From a bacterium (GTDB lineage Bacteria; UBA8248; JACPRG01; G963555815): a stretch of DNA of 64,000 nucleotides. The notes below the pieces were generated by a model. That model did no database searches. It saw only the letters and a program-made list of their open reading frames with translations, and had not been told where the DNA came from. Location of the stretch: NCBI GenBank assembly GCA_965218795.1, contig OZ244653.1, positions 4,832,001-4,896,000 of the forward strand, given 5' to 3'. A program made the translations under genes and the position numbers. Position 1 is the stretch's first letter. Each line of letters begins with the position of its first letter. Shown here in pieces: positions 11,238-21,455 of this stretch.

Positions 11238-12230
11238 TTACTTCGTTCCCTTCCCGGGCTTGTACGGGTTTTTGTACTTGCCGGCGCTCAGGTCGGCAAT
11301 ATGCCGCTTGACCGCCGCCTTCACCTTCTCAGGCGTGCCCGGGTCATACTTTCCGAGACCGAAGAATTTCTCTTTCCATCCATAGGTCTTGACCTGCGGA
11401 TTCAGTTTCCCTTTGACGTAATCGCTCATGATCGCGGTAAAGAATCTGGGCGTGTAGTAAAGAACGCTCCCAACGACCGTCCCGGGCGCGAGGGAGTGCT
11501 GGTCGGAGATAAATCCGACGGCTTTCACTCCAGCCTCGCGGGCAGCCTGGATGGAGCCGATCCCGACTTGATTGGCAGTCGTCATAATCACGTCCACACC
11601 GGCCTCGATCATCGCCTTCGCCGATTCCTTGCCCTTGGCGACGTCGGACCAGGAGTTGACAAACACCTGTGTCACCTTGACACGAGGATTCACGGTTTTT
11701 GCGCCCTTTTCGAAACCGTCCATCGATCCTTCGATCACCGGGAAGGGAAATCCGCCGATCGTGCCGATCTTATTGCTCTTGGTGCTCAATCCCGCCATGA
11801 CGCCGGCGATCCAGCCGGCTTCCCATTCGCGGAACCCGACCCCCCCAAGGTTTGGCTCGGCCGACTTGATGCCGTTGATGATCCAATACTTGGTCTTGGG
11901 AAACTTCAGAGCGACTTTGGCTGCATAGTCGTTGTACTGGGTCCCATGCGCGATGACCAATTGGTAGCCCTTGGAGCCCAAATCCGTCATGGTGGATTCC
12001 GCATTGGCCGTCTCGATGTTCTCGATGTATTTCATCGTGACGCCAAGGTTCTTTTTGACCTGAAGGAGCCCCTTGTACGCGGTTGCGTTCCAGCTTTGAT
12101 CATTGATGGGACCTGGAAGGACGAGCATGATCTTGTCGCCCTTGCCGGCTGCCGCTACGGTGGAAGGACATGCCCACGCGAGCGACAGGACGAGAACGAA
12201 GAGTACTCCGAGCAGCCGAATTGGTTTCAT
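11238..12230 (-). CDS. BMP-family ABC substrate-binding protein (nucleoside/purine type)
   Basis: Signal peptide, PGPINDQSWN, VNSWSDVAKGKE. Confidence 0.9.
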   Translation of the reverse strand: MKPIRLLGVLFVLVLSLAWACPSTVAAAGKGDKIMLVLPGPINDQSWNATAYKGLLQVKKNLGVTMKYIENIETANAESTMTDLGSKGYQLVIAHGTQYNDYAAKVALKFPKTKYWIINGIKSAEPNLGGVGFREWEAGWIAGVMAGLSTKSNKIGTIGGFPFPVIEGSMDGFEKGAKTVNPRVKVTQVFVNSWSDVAKGKESAKAMIEAGVDVIMTTANQVGIGSIQAAREAGVKAVGFISDQHSLAPGTVVGSVLYYTPRFFTAIMSDYVKGKLNPQVKTYGWKEKFFGLGKYDPGTPEKVKAAVKRHIADLSAGKYKNPYKPGKGTK

Positions 12231-12418
12231 GCGCCGTCCCTCCGGTATGAATTTGTTGGTGGCGGTTCCCCATGAAGCGGTGAATCCTTCAGGGGCTCAC
12301 GCTTGAGGCATCGGTGAGGATGCTTTTCGGGAATTGCGCCGAATCTTATTTCAAGGCCAAAAAACTGTCAAGAAGATTAAAGAGATCATGACGGCTGTGA
12401 AAAGTATCGCTCCTGAAC

Positions 12419-13366
12419 CTAGCTCCCGCGTCTGTAAGGAAGACCGAGCGCCTTGGGGTACTCGGTTTTTCCGACGAGTCCGGCCAGCGCGATAATCGTG
12501 AGAACGTAGGGGAGCATGAACAGGAATTCGTAGGGGACGTCGAAACCTCTGGCCTGAAGGCGCAGAGCGATGGCGTCGGCCGTCCCGAAAATGATGGAAG
12601 CGCCCAATACGCCGAAGGGGTTCCACCTGCCGAAAATAACGGCTGCCAACGCAATGAATCCCCGCCCGGCCGTCATATTGTCCGCGAAAAAGTTCAACTG
12701 GCCGATGGAGAGGAAGCAGCCCCCCACGCCCGCCAAAAGCCCCCCAATGGCGGTGCAGAGATAGCGAATCCGTGTGACGCTGATCCCCACGGTATCCGCT
12801 GCTTTCGGATGTTCTCCCACCGTCCGGATCTTCAACCCCACAGGTGTCTTCATCAGGATGAACCATGTCAAGGGCACCAGAATCAGCGCAATATAGACCA
12901 GAGCGCTTTGCTGAAAGACGACTGGGCCCAGGATGGGGATCTCCGACAATCCCGGGACCTTTATCGGTTTGAAGCTCTTGACCGTGACCGGGAGAATCGT
13001 GATGCCGAACACGCCCCTGAAGATAAACGTTGAGAGGCCCAGGGCGAGAATATTGATCGCGACGCCGCTGACAATCTGATCCGCACGCAGTGTGATCGTT
13101 ACATAGGCGTGAATCAGACTCATCAGGATACCTGCAATCATCCCCAGGAGGAGCCCCGCCCAAGGGCTCCCGGTGAACTTGGAACCCAGGACGCCTGCGA
13201 GCGCGCCGATGAGCATCATCCCCTCCACGCCGATGTTGAGCACTCCTGAACGCTCGGCGAACACCTCTCCGAGGGCGGCGAGCAGGATCGGTGTTCCCAG
13301 GCGAAGCCCCGCTGTGAGGAGGGCGATCAGGAATGTCACGGTGAATAACTCGGCGACCTGGCTCAT
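12419..13366 (-). CDS. Nucleoside-type ABC permease (NupC/YufQ-like)
   Basis: ERSGVLNIGVEG, GRGFIALAAVIFGRW. Confidence 0.92.
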   Translation of the reverse strand: MSQVAELFTVTFLIALLTAGLRLGTPILLAALGEVFAERSGVLNIGVEGMMLIGALAGVLGSKFTGSPWAGLLLGMIAGILMSLIHAYVTITLRADQIVSGVAINILALGLSTFIFRGVFGITILPVTVKSFKPIKVPGLSEIPILGPVVFQQSALVYIALILVPLTWFILMKTPVGLKIRTVGEHPKAADTVGISVTRIRYLCTAIGGLLAGVGGCFLSIGQLNFFADNMTAGRGFIALAAVIFGRWNPFGVLGASIIFGTADAIALRLQARGFDVPYEFLFMLPYVLTIIALAGLVGKTEYPKALGLPYRRGS

Positions 13367-14451
13367 GATGCGCTCTCAGAACTGCGGAGCCTTCTTGCGA
13401 GGAGGACGTTCAGGACCTCCGAGCCCAATACGAAGAGCACCACAAGTCCCTGGAGGATGTAAATCATCGCAACGGGGACCCCTGCGTTGCGCTGGACCGT
13501 GATCGCCCCCACTCGGAGCGCCCCGAAGAACAGAGCCGCGATCACGACCCCGGCGGGGTGTGTCCTGCCCAGCAGGGCGACGGCAATGGCATCGTAGCCG
13601 TAGCCGGTGGTGATTTTGTCCAGGAGTCGGTGGTGAACCCCGTTCACTTCGCCAAAGCCGGCAATCCCCGCCAACGCTCCGCTGATCGCCATGGCGAGGA
13701 AGAAGCTCCGTCCCACGTGGATTCCCGCATACTCGGCGGCTTCCCTGTTCGCGCCGACCGTGCGGAGGCGATATCCCAATGTTGTGTGGGCGATGAGGTA
13801 GTAGACGACCACGGCAGCCGCCAGGGCGACAAAGAGCCCGATGTGGAGTCGGGTATCGGCCACGAGGTTCGGCAGCCAGGAAATTTCGGGAAACGTGTCG
13901 GTCTTGGGATAGAAACCCGATTTTTCCCGCATGGGAACGTTCACCATGTACCGGACCAGGTTCAACGCGACGTAGTTGAGCATGATGGTGACGATGATCT
14001 CATTCACATCGAGGCGCGCCCGCAGCCATCCGGGGATGCCGCCCCAGATTCCACCCGCCACCATTCCCGCAATTCCGGCCAACAGGATCAAAAGGAAGGG
14101 GGGCAATCCCTGGACGTACAGGCTCACCGCCGCGGCGGCCAGCGAGCCCACGAGAATTTGCCCCTCCGCACCGATGTTGAACAAGCCCGCCTTAAAGGCA
14201 AAGGCGATCCCCAGTCCGGCGAGGAGAAGGGGAGTTGCCTTGACCAGGGTTTCGGTAATGCCGAAGACCGTCCCCACTGAGCCCTCGAACAGGTAACCGT
14301 AAGCGACGAGCGGGTCTTTCCCGATGGCGAGCAGGAGGAAGGCCTCCACGATGAGTGCGCCGATGATGGCCACTATCGGCCCGCTCACTCCAATCAGGGA
14401 GCGGATTCCGCTTTCGCGAAGGCGTTTTTGGATTTCCGCGGCTGTCGTCAT
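13363..14451 (-). CDS. Nucleoside-type ABC permease (NupB/YufP-like)
   Basis: FNIGAEGQ, GYGYDAIAVALLG. Confidence 0.92.
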   Translation of the reverse strand: MTTAAEIQKRLRESGIRSLIGVSGPIVAIIGALIVEAFLLLAIGKDPLVAYGYLFEGSVGTVFGITETLVKATPLLLAGLGIAFAFKAGLFNIGAEGQILVGSLAAAAVSLYVQGLPPFLLILLAGIAGMVAGGIWGGIPGWLRARLDVNEIIVTIMLNYVALNLVRYMVNVPMREKSGFYPKTDTFPEISWLPNLVADTRLHIGLFVALAAAVVVYYLIAHTTLGYRLRTVGANREAAEYAGIHVGRSFFLAMAISGALAGIAGFGEVNGVHHRLLDKITTGYGYDAIAVALLGRTHPAGVVIAALFFGALRVGAITVQRNAGVPVAMIYILQGLVVLFVLGSEVLNVLLARRLRSSESAS

Positions 14452-15968
14452 CGAACACCGCCCATCAAGAGACCAATCTGGTCGATATCCACCTGTCCGG
14501 AATCCATGATGTCCATGAACTCCCCTTCGAAGATGACGGCGATCCGATCCGCCAGCGTGAAAACTTCTGTGAGTTCGGTGGAAACGAGAAGGACCGCCAC
14601 GCCCCTGTCCCGCTCTTCAATCAGTCTTCGGTACACATATTCAATGGCGCCTACATCAAGACCCCGTGTGGGCTGGGCCGCAATCAGCAGGCGCGGTTCT
14701 CGGGAAAGCTCTCGTCCGAGAACCAGTTTTTGTTGATTTCCACCCGAGAGAGAGCCTGCCTGAATGTGGATACCAGGGGCTCTGACGTCATAGCCGACGA
14801 GGATTCGTTCGGCGAAATCTCGAATCTCTCCATGGTTGAGACGCCCGCCGCTGGAAAATGGGGGGCTGCCGTGGACCTGCAGGGCGGCATTTTCCGCCAG
14901 GCTCTGGCTGAGAACCAGGCCGCGACGATGGCGGTCCTCCGGGATGTGCGAGATGCCTCTGCGGTAGCGCTCGCCTGTTGATTTCGAGCTGATGTCCTCG
15001 CCCATGAGGCGCACCCGACCGGCTCTGATGGGGCGAAGCCCCGCGAGGGCTTCCACCAGCTCTGCCTGCCCGTTTCCGTCGACCCCCACAACCCCGAAAA
15101 TTTCGCCCGCCGGGATATCGAAACTCAAGCCCTTCACGGCGGAAAGCCCGCGGTCGTCTTCGACGCTCAACCCCTCGACCTCGAGGACCCGTTCTCCTGT
15201 CAATGCGGCTTCTTTCTCGACGCTCAATATGACGTCCCGTCCGACCATCATCCGGGCGAGCGCTCTTTCGTCGGTCTCTGAGGTTTCGACGGTCTGAATC
15301 TTTCGGCCGTCCCGGAGGACGGTCACGCGATCGCTGACAGCGACAACTTCATTGAGTTTGTGTGTGATGAAGATAACGGATTTTCCCTCTTGCGTGAGAC
15401 GGCGAATCATCCCGAAGAGGTCTTCGACTTCACCCGGTGTGAGGACGGAGCTGGGCTCGTCCAGGATCAGGAGGTCGGCCCCCCGGTACAAGGCCTTGAG
15501 GATCTCGACCCGCTGTTGTTCCCCCACCGAGAGCTCCCAGACATAAGCTTTTGGATCGACCTGCAGGCCGAAGCGGTCACCGAGTTCCCGGATCTCCTTT
15601 TCCGCGCGACCCGTCTCCAGGACAAAGCGCCCCGCCGTTTCCATTCCCATGACAACGTTCTCGATGACAGTATGAGCGGGCACCAGCATGAAATGCTGAT
15701 GGACCATGCCGATCCCGTGAGAAATGGCCTGACGGGGGGAACCGATCCGGACAGGCCGACCGCGCAGGAATATTTCACCTTCGTCCGGGTGAATCAGCCC
15801 ATACAGGATGTTCATCAAAGTGGATTTTCCGGCGCCGTTCTCGCCGAGAAGGGCATGGATCTCTCCGGGCTCCACCGTGAGGTCTACGTGATCGTTGGCG
15901 AGAACACCCGGGAAATTCTTGGTGATCCCCCGCATTTCCAAGGTCGATGTGGATGGATGCGTATCCAT
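14448..15968 (-). CDS. Nucleoside/sugar ABC ATPase with two ABC domains
   Basis: GENGAGKST, LSVGEQQRVE, LSGGNQQK. Confidence 0.95.
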   Translation of the reverse strand: MDTHPSTSTLEMRGITKNFPGVLANDHVDLTVEPGEIHALLGENGAGKSTLMNILYGLIHPDEGEIFLRGRPVRIGSPRQAISHGIGMVHQHFMLVPAHTVIENVVMGMETAGRFVLETGRAEKEIRELGDRFGLQVDPKAYVWELSVGEQQRVEILKALYRGADLLILDEPSSVLTPGEVEDLFGMIRRLTQEGKSVIFITHKLNEVVAVSDRVTVLRDGRKIQTVETSETDERALARMMVGRDVILSVEKEAALTGERVLEVEGLSVEDDRGLSAVKGLSFDIPAGEIFGVVGVDGNGQAELVEALAGLRPIRAGRVRLMGEDISSKSTGERYRRGISHIPEDRHRRGLVLSQSLAENAALQVHGSPPFSSGGRLNHGEIRDFAERILVGYDVRAPGIHIQAGSLSGGNQQKLVLGRELSREPRLLIAAQPTRGLDVGAIEYVYRRLIEERDRGVAVLLVSTELTEVFTLADRIAVIFEGEFMDIMDSGQVDIDQIGLLMGGVR

Positions 15969-16166
15969 GTCTCGGTCATCACTTCGCAGGGTTAGTTTGC
16001 CGGTTCAGGGAGAATCCATCCTTATATACCATAAGAATCACGGGTCGCTTCCAGTCGATATTTGGATCCATGCGATTGGGAGAAGTGGGGATTGGCGCCT
16101 TTGCAGATCCGGGCGCCCCCGAATGTTCCCCGTTCAGAATGGTCTTGGGTCAGGAGCCGCAATTCC

Positions 16167-16195
16167 TTGACACGATTTTTTTTCTGACTGAGAAT
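16167..16195 (+). promoter_or_regulatory. Putative sigma70 promoter of the Mo-enzyme operon
   Basis: TTGACA-17 bp-GAGAAT in an AT-richer divergent spacer. Confidence 0.45.
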
Positions 16196-16361
16196 TCAAT
16201 CAAGAGCAATCCGGTCAACCAATGGCGGGTTGGCGTTTCCAGTTCGCCCCGGATGATTCAAAGCCGGCTTCTGGATGCAGCCGCGTTGAAATTCGAGTCG
16301 GACGGTATGCCCAGCCGGCGGGACAAGCCATGAGATATCGATTCCTCCATTCGGGAGTGAG

Positions 16362-18959
16362 TTGATGGTCGGTACACTGGACGCTGAAAAAAAGACTGAG
16401 CTGGCGAAGTCCGACGAAGGCTGGGTCCGCTCCGCGTGCATCATCTGCCTGAACCGGTGCGGCATATTGGCGCATCGGACGGCCGACGGGTATGTCGACA
16501 AGATCGTCGGCGATCCGGACAACCCCCACAATCAAGGGAAGACGTGCGCCAAGGGCAACTCGGGGATGGAAGGAATCTCCCCCGAAATCCGGGTGACGAC
16601 GCCCATGCGCCGGACCCATCCGGACAAGGGCATCGGGGTCGATCCGAAGTTTACGCCGATTTCCTGGGATGAAGCCTTGGATGAGATTGCCAAGCGCCTC
16701 AAGGAGGTGCGCGACGATGATCCGCTCAGGCTTCTTTTCTCGACTTTCGACGCCTTCCAGTTGCGCGGCGCTTTCCTTCCCGCTTTCATCAATGGATTCG
16801 GAGCCCCGGGGTACAGTACTTGGTCCGCCCAGATCTTCTGCGGGAATAACGTCCATGGGATTCATTACATGGCGCAGAACGCCTTCGAGGCGATCCCCGA
16901 CGCAGACCACGCCGAATACATCCTCCACTTCGGATCGCAGTTCGGATCGGTTGTTCATTACGACACAATGAGAAGCACGCGGGAGCTCGCAGGGAGGCGG
17001 CCGGGAAAGCTGAAGCAGGTCGTGATCGATCCGATTTGCAGTGCCGCCGCTTCGCGAGCGGAGGAATGGGTGCCCATCCGGCCGGGGACGGACGCCGCCC
17101 TGATCCTGGGTATCGTAGACCAGATGATCAACCACAATGGCCACTGCGACAGGCAGTTTCTTCGACAATTCACGAATGCTCCCTATCTTATCGGCGACGA
17201 TGAGCACTATGTGCGGGACCCCGAGACCGATAAGCCCCTGGTTTGGGATGCTTCCTCGCAGTCGGCCAAACCGTTCAACGCCAATGTCGGCGAATTCGCC
17301 CTGGAGGGTGCCTACGAAGTCAACGGGAAGTCCGTTCGAACCGCGTTTCAGGCCCTCAAAGATCACGTTGGCCGCTATACCCCGGAGTACGTGGAAGAGA
17401 TCACGACCGTGCCGAAGGATACAGTGGTCCGCCTGGCCCGGGAGTTCGGGGAAGCCGCCAGGATCGGCGAGACCCTTGAAATCGACGGCGTCGAGCTCCC
17501 CTTCCGCCCCGCCACGGTGACTTGGTATCGCGGTCTCTCGGCCCACAAGCACTGCTTTCTTTCGGGACTCGCCATCAACCTCCTCCCGACGTTGATCGGA
17601 GGGATGGACGTGCCGGGCGGGTTGCTGGGCGATCCGTATGCCCTCATGGGCAAGGCGGCTTTTGGCCGAAAGTATCAATGCGCGGAAAGTCCGGACGGCC
17701 TCATTGTCCAGGGGATGATTGGAGGCGGCCGCGTCGGGGGCTGCTACCCGCCTCGCAAGGTCCGCGCGCCCATGACGCCGGAGATGTTCGAGCTGATTCC
17801 CTGCGGTCCCTACGGCGCGATCTTTTACCTGCTGACGTCCGAATTCGAGGAGAAGTACAATCCGCCCCCGTTCCCCAGGATGCTCATGCATTACCACTCC
17901 AACCTGGTCAAGACCTCGGGACCTCCGGAGGTGATGGAGCGGTTCATGAAGCGGATCCCATTCGTGGTCTCGATCGTCCGCCGGATGGAGGAAACAGCAG
18001 AATTTGCGGACATTGTCCTCCCGGATCTCCACCACCTGGAACGTCTGGTTCCCTTCGTTTTTCAGCATTACGGGGCCGGAGAGGGGGATCTGACGACTTA
18101 TGGCGCGAAGCCGGTCGTCCACCCGCCGTTCGACCATCCGTTCGAGCCGGAGTACGTGGACGTTATGCAGATCATGCTGGAGCTGGCGAAGCGCGCTGGA
18201 TTCCTCGGCGATTTCTATGAGGCCATTAATACGATTGCGGGCCTGAAGGACGGACAAGAGCTGGACCTCCAGCGGGAATACACCTACCCGGAAATTGTCG
18301 ACCGGCTGCTGAAGAATGAGCTGGGCCCGGAGAAGGGCCTCGACTGGTTCCTGAAAGACGGCCTCTGGACGGATCAAAAGTCCGTCGAAGAGAAGTACCC
18401 GCGTCCCTTCGTTACGGCTCGAACCCACCTCTACTATGAATTCATGAAACGGGCGGGAGAAGACGTGAAAAACGTCACCGAACAGTGCGGCATTCCCTGG
18501 GATACCCAGGATTACCAGACCCTGCCCGACTGGAAGCCGGGACCCGCCTACAAGCGGGAGCCCCCTTACAATCTGTATGTCATCAACATGAAGGTCCCGA
18601 ACCACGCCCTGTCGCACACGCATAAGAACCCGATGCTGCTTTCGCTGTCGGCGAGACATGACGATCTTCGGACGGTTTGGATCAACTCCAAAACCGCGGC
18701 TGAGTGCAGGATTGAGGATGGCGATTCGGTGATCATCGAGACGTTCGAGAAGAGGCGGCAGACGGCAGTGGCCCGGGTGACCGAGCTCGTTCATCCCGAA
18801 GTGCTGGCCACGCAGGGTTGCGGAGGCGGATGGGTGGACGCGACGACCCGGCAGGAGGTGAACTTCAACGCCCTGCTGGCCATCGATGAAGACCATATCG
18901 ATTTTGTGAGCGGCGCGCTCGATTGCGCCATCTCCGCCCGCGTCATCAAGGCCGCATAG
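16362..18959 (+). CDS. DMSO-reductase-family (Mo-bisPGD) oxidoreductase catalytic subunit, PadB-like
   Basis: CIICLNRC...CAKG FS0 motif, RTHPDKGIGVDP..ISWDEALDEIA, IRPGTDAAL, ADIVLP; no twin-arginine signal. Confidence 0.92.
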   Translation: MMVGTLDAEKKTELAKSDEGWVRSACIICLNRCGILAHRTADGYVDKIVGDPDNPHNQGKTCAKGNSGMEGISPEIRVTTPMRRTHPDKGIGVDPKFTPISWDEALDEIAKRLKEVRDDDPLRLLFSTFDAFQLRGAFLPAFINGFGAPGYSTWSAQIFCGNNVHGIHYMAQNAFEAIPDADHAEYILHFGSQFGSVVHYDTMRSTRELAGRRPGKLKQVVIDPICSAAASRAEEWVPIRPGTDAALILGIVDQMINHNGHCDRQFLRQFTNAPYLIGDDEHYVRDPETDKPLVWDASSQSAKPFNANVGEFALEGAYEVNGKSVRTAFQALKDHVGRYTPEYVEEITTVPKDTVVRLAREFGEAARIGETLEIDGVELPFRPATVTWYRGLSAHKHCFLSGLAINLLPTLIGGMDVPGGLLGDPYALMGKAAFGRKYQCAESPDGLIVQGMIGGGRVGGCYPPRKVRAPMTPEMFELIPCGPYGAIFYLLTSEFEEKYNPPPFPRMLMHYHSNLVKTSGPPEVMERFMKRIPFVVSIVRRMEETAEFADIVLPDLHHLERLVPFVFQHYGAGEGDLTTYGAKPVVHPPFDHPFEPEYVDVMQIMLELAKRAGFLGDFYEAINTIAGLKDGQELDLQREYTYPEIVDRLLKNELGPEKGLDWFLKDGLWTDQKSVEEKYPRPFVTARTHLYYEFMKRAGEDVKNVTEQCGIPWDTQDYQTLPDWKPGPAYKREPPYNLYVINMKVPNHALSHTHKNPMLLSLSARHDDLRTVWINSKTAAECRIEDGDSVIIETFEKRRQTAVARVTELVHPEVLATQGCGGGWVDATTRQEVNFNALLAIDEDHIDFVSGALDCAISARVIKAA

Positions 18960-18973
18960 GGAAGGAGTTCGCG

Positions 18974-19633
18974 ATGCCTCGATGGGGAATGGTGATTGAT
19001 CTGACGAAATGCGTCGGGTGCGACGCCTGCACCGTGGCCTGCAAAGTCGAGAATCAGACGCCCGGCGACATCTGGTACGCTCCGGTCATTCAGGAAGAGG
19101 TCGGACAGTACCCCAACGCCCGCATGGTGTTTGTCCCCACGCTGTGCATGCATTGCGAAGACGCCCCGTGCGTGCGGGCCTGCCCGACGAAAGCCTTGAT
19201 GCGCCGGGACGACGGCATCGTCATGTATGAGGAAGACAAGTGTTGCGGCTCGCGCGCGTGCGTGACCGCCTGCCCGTACGACGCCGCCAAGTTTTTCGAG
19301 GGCGAGACGGGCGAAAGCCTGTTCGGCGATGAGCATACGCCGCCCACCGTGGCGGACCGCGGCGCGCGGGAGAAATACGATGCGGGGACGGTCCAAAAGT
19401 GCACGTTCTGCGCACACCGCGTGGATCACGGGATGGACCAGGGCCTCCAAGTCGGCGTCGACCGGGAAGCCACCCCCGCCTGTGTCGTTACCTGCCCGGC
19501 GGAATGCCGAATCTTTGGCGACCTGGATGATCCGGCAAGCAACGCCAGCCGGTATCTGCAGGAGCGGAGAAGCAACGAGGTGCTGCGGCCCGACGCCCAG
19601 ACCCGACCCAAAGTCATTTATGTGGTGGATTGA
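18974..19633 (+). CDS. 4Fe-4S electron-transfer subunit (DmsB/PadC-like)
   Basis: CVGCDACTVAC, CMHCEDAPCVRACP, KCTFC, PACVVTCP. Confidence 0.95.
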   Translation: MPRWGMVIDLTKCVGCDACTVACKVENQTPGDIWYAPVIQEEVGQYPNARMVFVPTLCMHCEDAPCVRACPTKALMRRDDGIVMYEEDKCCGSRACVTACPYDAAKFFEGETGESLFGDEHTPPTVADRGAREKYDAGTVQKCTFCAHRVDHGMDQGLQVGVDREATPACVVTCPAECRIFGDLDDPASNASRYLQERRSNEVLRPDAQTRPKVIYVVD

Positions 19634-20616
19634 GTGATGGCTTCTGCTGCGCAGCCGGGCGCGATAGTCGCATGACGGTTGGCTCCCCGCACGGGGATTA
19701 CGTGGGGGAATGGAGGATGCGCCCCCGTGTCCAGCGTGTCTGGGACGTTCCCCATGCGAGCTGGTTCACGCTGATGGGGATTGGAGGCGGTCTCTTCGTG
19801 ATCTCCCGCCTGATGGGGATCTCGCATGACCTGGGCCTTTGGTTCGGTCTTCCCGCAGTGGAAATCGTGAGCTTCCTGGCCATTGGCGTGGGTGGGTTGA
19901 TCCTCCTGGCCGACCTGGGAAAACCCTTCCGCTTTCTGCGGGCACTGCTGAATGTGCGCACCTCATGGATATCCCGCGGAGCGGTGGCCGATTTTGTTTT
20001 CCTCGTGCTCGCCGCCTTGCTGATCCTTCCCAATTTGAAATTCGGGGCGGCAATGCCTTTTTCGGCGCTGCCCTGGAAGTCCGAGGCTGTCTCCGGGTTC
20101 GGGCGGTTTTTGGAATTCGTGTCCATCCTTGCCGCGATCATCGTGATGTATTATGCGGGGGCCGTCCTTTCCGACCCGAAATCCATCCCCTATTGGAATT
20201 CCCCGCTGGTCCCGACGCAGTTTGTCCTGTCCTCGGCCGTCATGTCGACGGGGATTCTCTTGATGTTCTACCTGGCGGCTGGAAAGCCCGTCTCGACGGG
20301 CTTGATCGTGACGCAGGCCATCTTCGTCGGATTGCTTCTGGCGGCGCTGGTTTGGCACCTCTCCACACGGAGAGAGAATCCCGGAAAGGCGGAGAGCGTA
20401 AAGCTCCTGTTGCGGGGGAAGTACCGCGGCCTGTTTATCGGGGTCGTCCTCGTCCTGGGAGCGCTGGTTCCTTTTATATCGAGTTGGGCGGCCGCCGTGA
20501 CATCGGGAGCCGCGCAGGTCGCCTGGCTGGTGATCTCCGCGATTCTGTTGTTGGTTCAGGGATATTACCTGCGGCTCCTTACGCTCCGCGTCGGCATCTA
20601 TCCTCCTCTCCGGTAA
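19630..20616 (+). CDS. NrfD/PsrC-type membrane anchor subunit
   Basis: DLGKPFRFLRA, RTSWISRG, IPYWNS; about eight TM helices; start may be ATG 19672. Confidence 0.88.
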   Translation: MSDGFCCAAGRDSRMTVGSPHGDYVGEWRMRPRVQRVWDVPHASWFTLMGIGGGLFVISRLMGISHDLGLWFGLPAVEIVSFLAIGVGGLILLADLGKPFRFLRALLNVRTSWISRGAVADFVFLVLAALLILPNLKFGAAMPFSALPWKSEAVSGFGRFLEFVSILAAIIVMYYAGAVLSDPKSIPYWNSPLVPTQFVLSSAVMSTGILLMFYLAAGKPVSTGLIVTQAIFVGLLLAALVWHLSTRRENPGKAESVKLLLRGKYRGLFIGVVLVLGALVPFISSWAAAVTSGAAQVAWLVISAILLLVQGYYLRLLTLRVGIYPPLR

Positions 20617-20626
20617 ACGGTTCCGG

Positions 20627-20926
20627 TTGAACGCGGTGGATCTCAAGATCAGCTACATGGGCCCGCTCCGGCGGGTGATGCGATGCAACGAGGAAAGTCT
20701 CCAGCTCGCGCCCCCGATTACCGTCCGGTCCATATTGGATGAATTGATCCGGGAGCACGGGGAGCATCTGAGGGACGTCTTCTACAGCACCCAAGGCTGG
20801 ATCGATTCTCGGATCCTGTTTCTGATTGACGGGCAAAGACCGGAGGCGCGGGAGGGCCTGGACACGCCGATCAGCGGAGAAGAGAAAATTCAGATTCTCA
20901 TGGGTATCCCGATGTCCGGGGGTTGA
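20627..20926 (+). CDS. MoaD/ThiS-family ubiquitin-like sulfur carrier
   Basis: ~99 aa beta-grasp pattern (GLDTPISGEEKIQIL) ending in Gly-Gly. Confidence 0.8.
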   Translation: MNAVDLKISYMGPLRRVMRCNEESLQLAPPITVRSILDELIREHGEHLRDVFYSTQGWIDSRILFLIDGQRPEAREGLDTPISGEEKIQILMGIPMSGG

Positions 20927-20954
20927 GGGTCTCCCCGGCGGAACAGGATGAGAA

Positions 20955-21455
20955 ATGCGCGATAGCGCCGTTCAACGGGTCATCGGTGGACTGAAAGAGG
21001 CCGGCGTCAGCGTGGCCTGCTACCTGCCGGATTCTTTGTTGAAAGAACTCTATCCCGCGTTGGAGCAGGATCCGGAGATTCGGACCATTCCCGTGACCAA
21101 CGAGGGCGAGGGCGCGGCGATCTGCGGAGGGATCTGGTTGTCGGGGAAGCGTTCCGTCCTCGTCATGGAGAACTCCGGCTTGCGGGCGTCGATTGAGCCC
21201 TTGGCGCGAATGGGGCTCGGCGCGGGTATCCCCGTGATCATGATCATGAGCTATCGGGGAGACCTGGGCGAGAACAACTGGTGGGCCATTCCGCACGGAC
21301 AGACCATGGAACCGCTCCTGCAAGCCATGCGAATCCCTTACCGGATCGTCAACGAGGAAAGCGGCATCGAGCAGGCCATCGTGGACGCCTACGAGTGGTC
21401 CTGTACCGCCTATTATCACTCGGCCGTGGTGCTGGGGGGGAGCGTGGTGCGGTGA
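20955..21455 (+). CDS. ThDP-dependent decarboxylase alpha subunit (ComD/phosphonopyruvate decarboxylase-like)
   Basis: LPDS, VTNEGEGAAICGG, MENSGL, MSYRGDLGE. Confidence 0.88.
   Translation: MRDSAVQRVIGGLKEAGVSVACYLPDSLLKELYPALEQDPEIRTIPVTNEGEGAAICGGIWLSGKRSVLVMENSGLRASIEPLARMGLGAGIPVIMIMSYRGDLGENNWWAIPHGQTMEPLLQAMRIPYRIVNEESGIEQAIVDAYEWSCTAYYHSAVVLGGSVVR

Noticed and set aside
16196-16361. Possible Moco riboswitch in the long leader (GCCGGCT...AGCCGGC pairing)
   Set aside because: No recognisable Moco RNA consensus; an Infernal/Rfam scan would be needed
16215-18896. 893-aa antisense ORF and similar long shadow ORFs (979..2157, 23662..25362, 41007..42326, 46512..47939, 62254..63522)
   Set aside because: They mirror well-supported genes on the opposite strand, as expected with high-GC codon bias, and show no motifs
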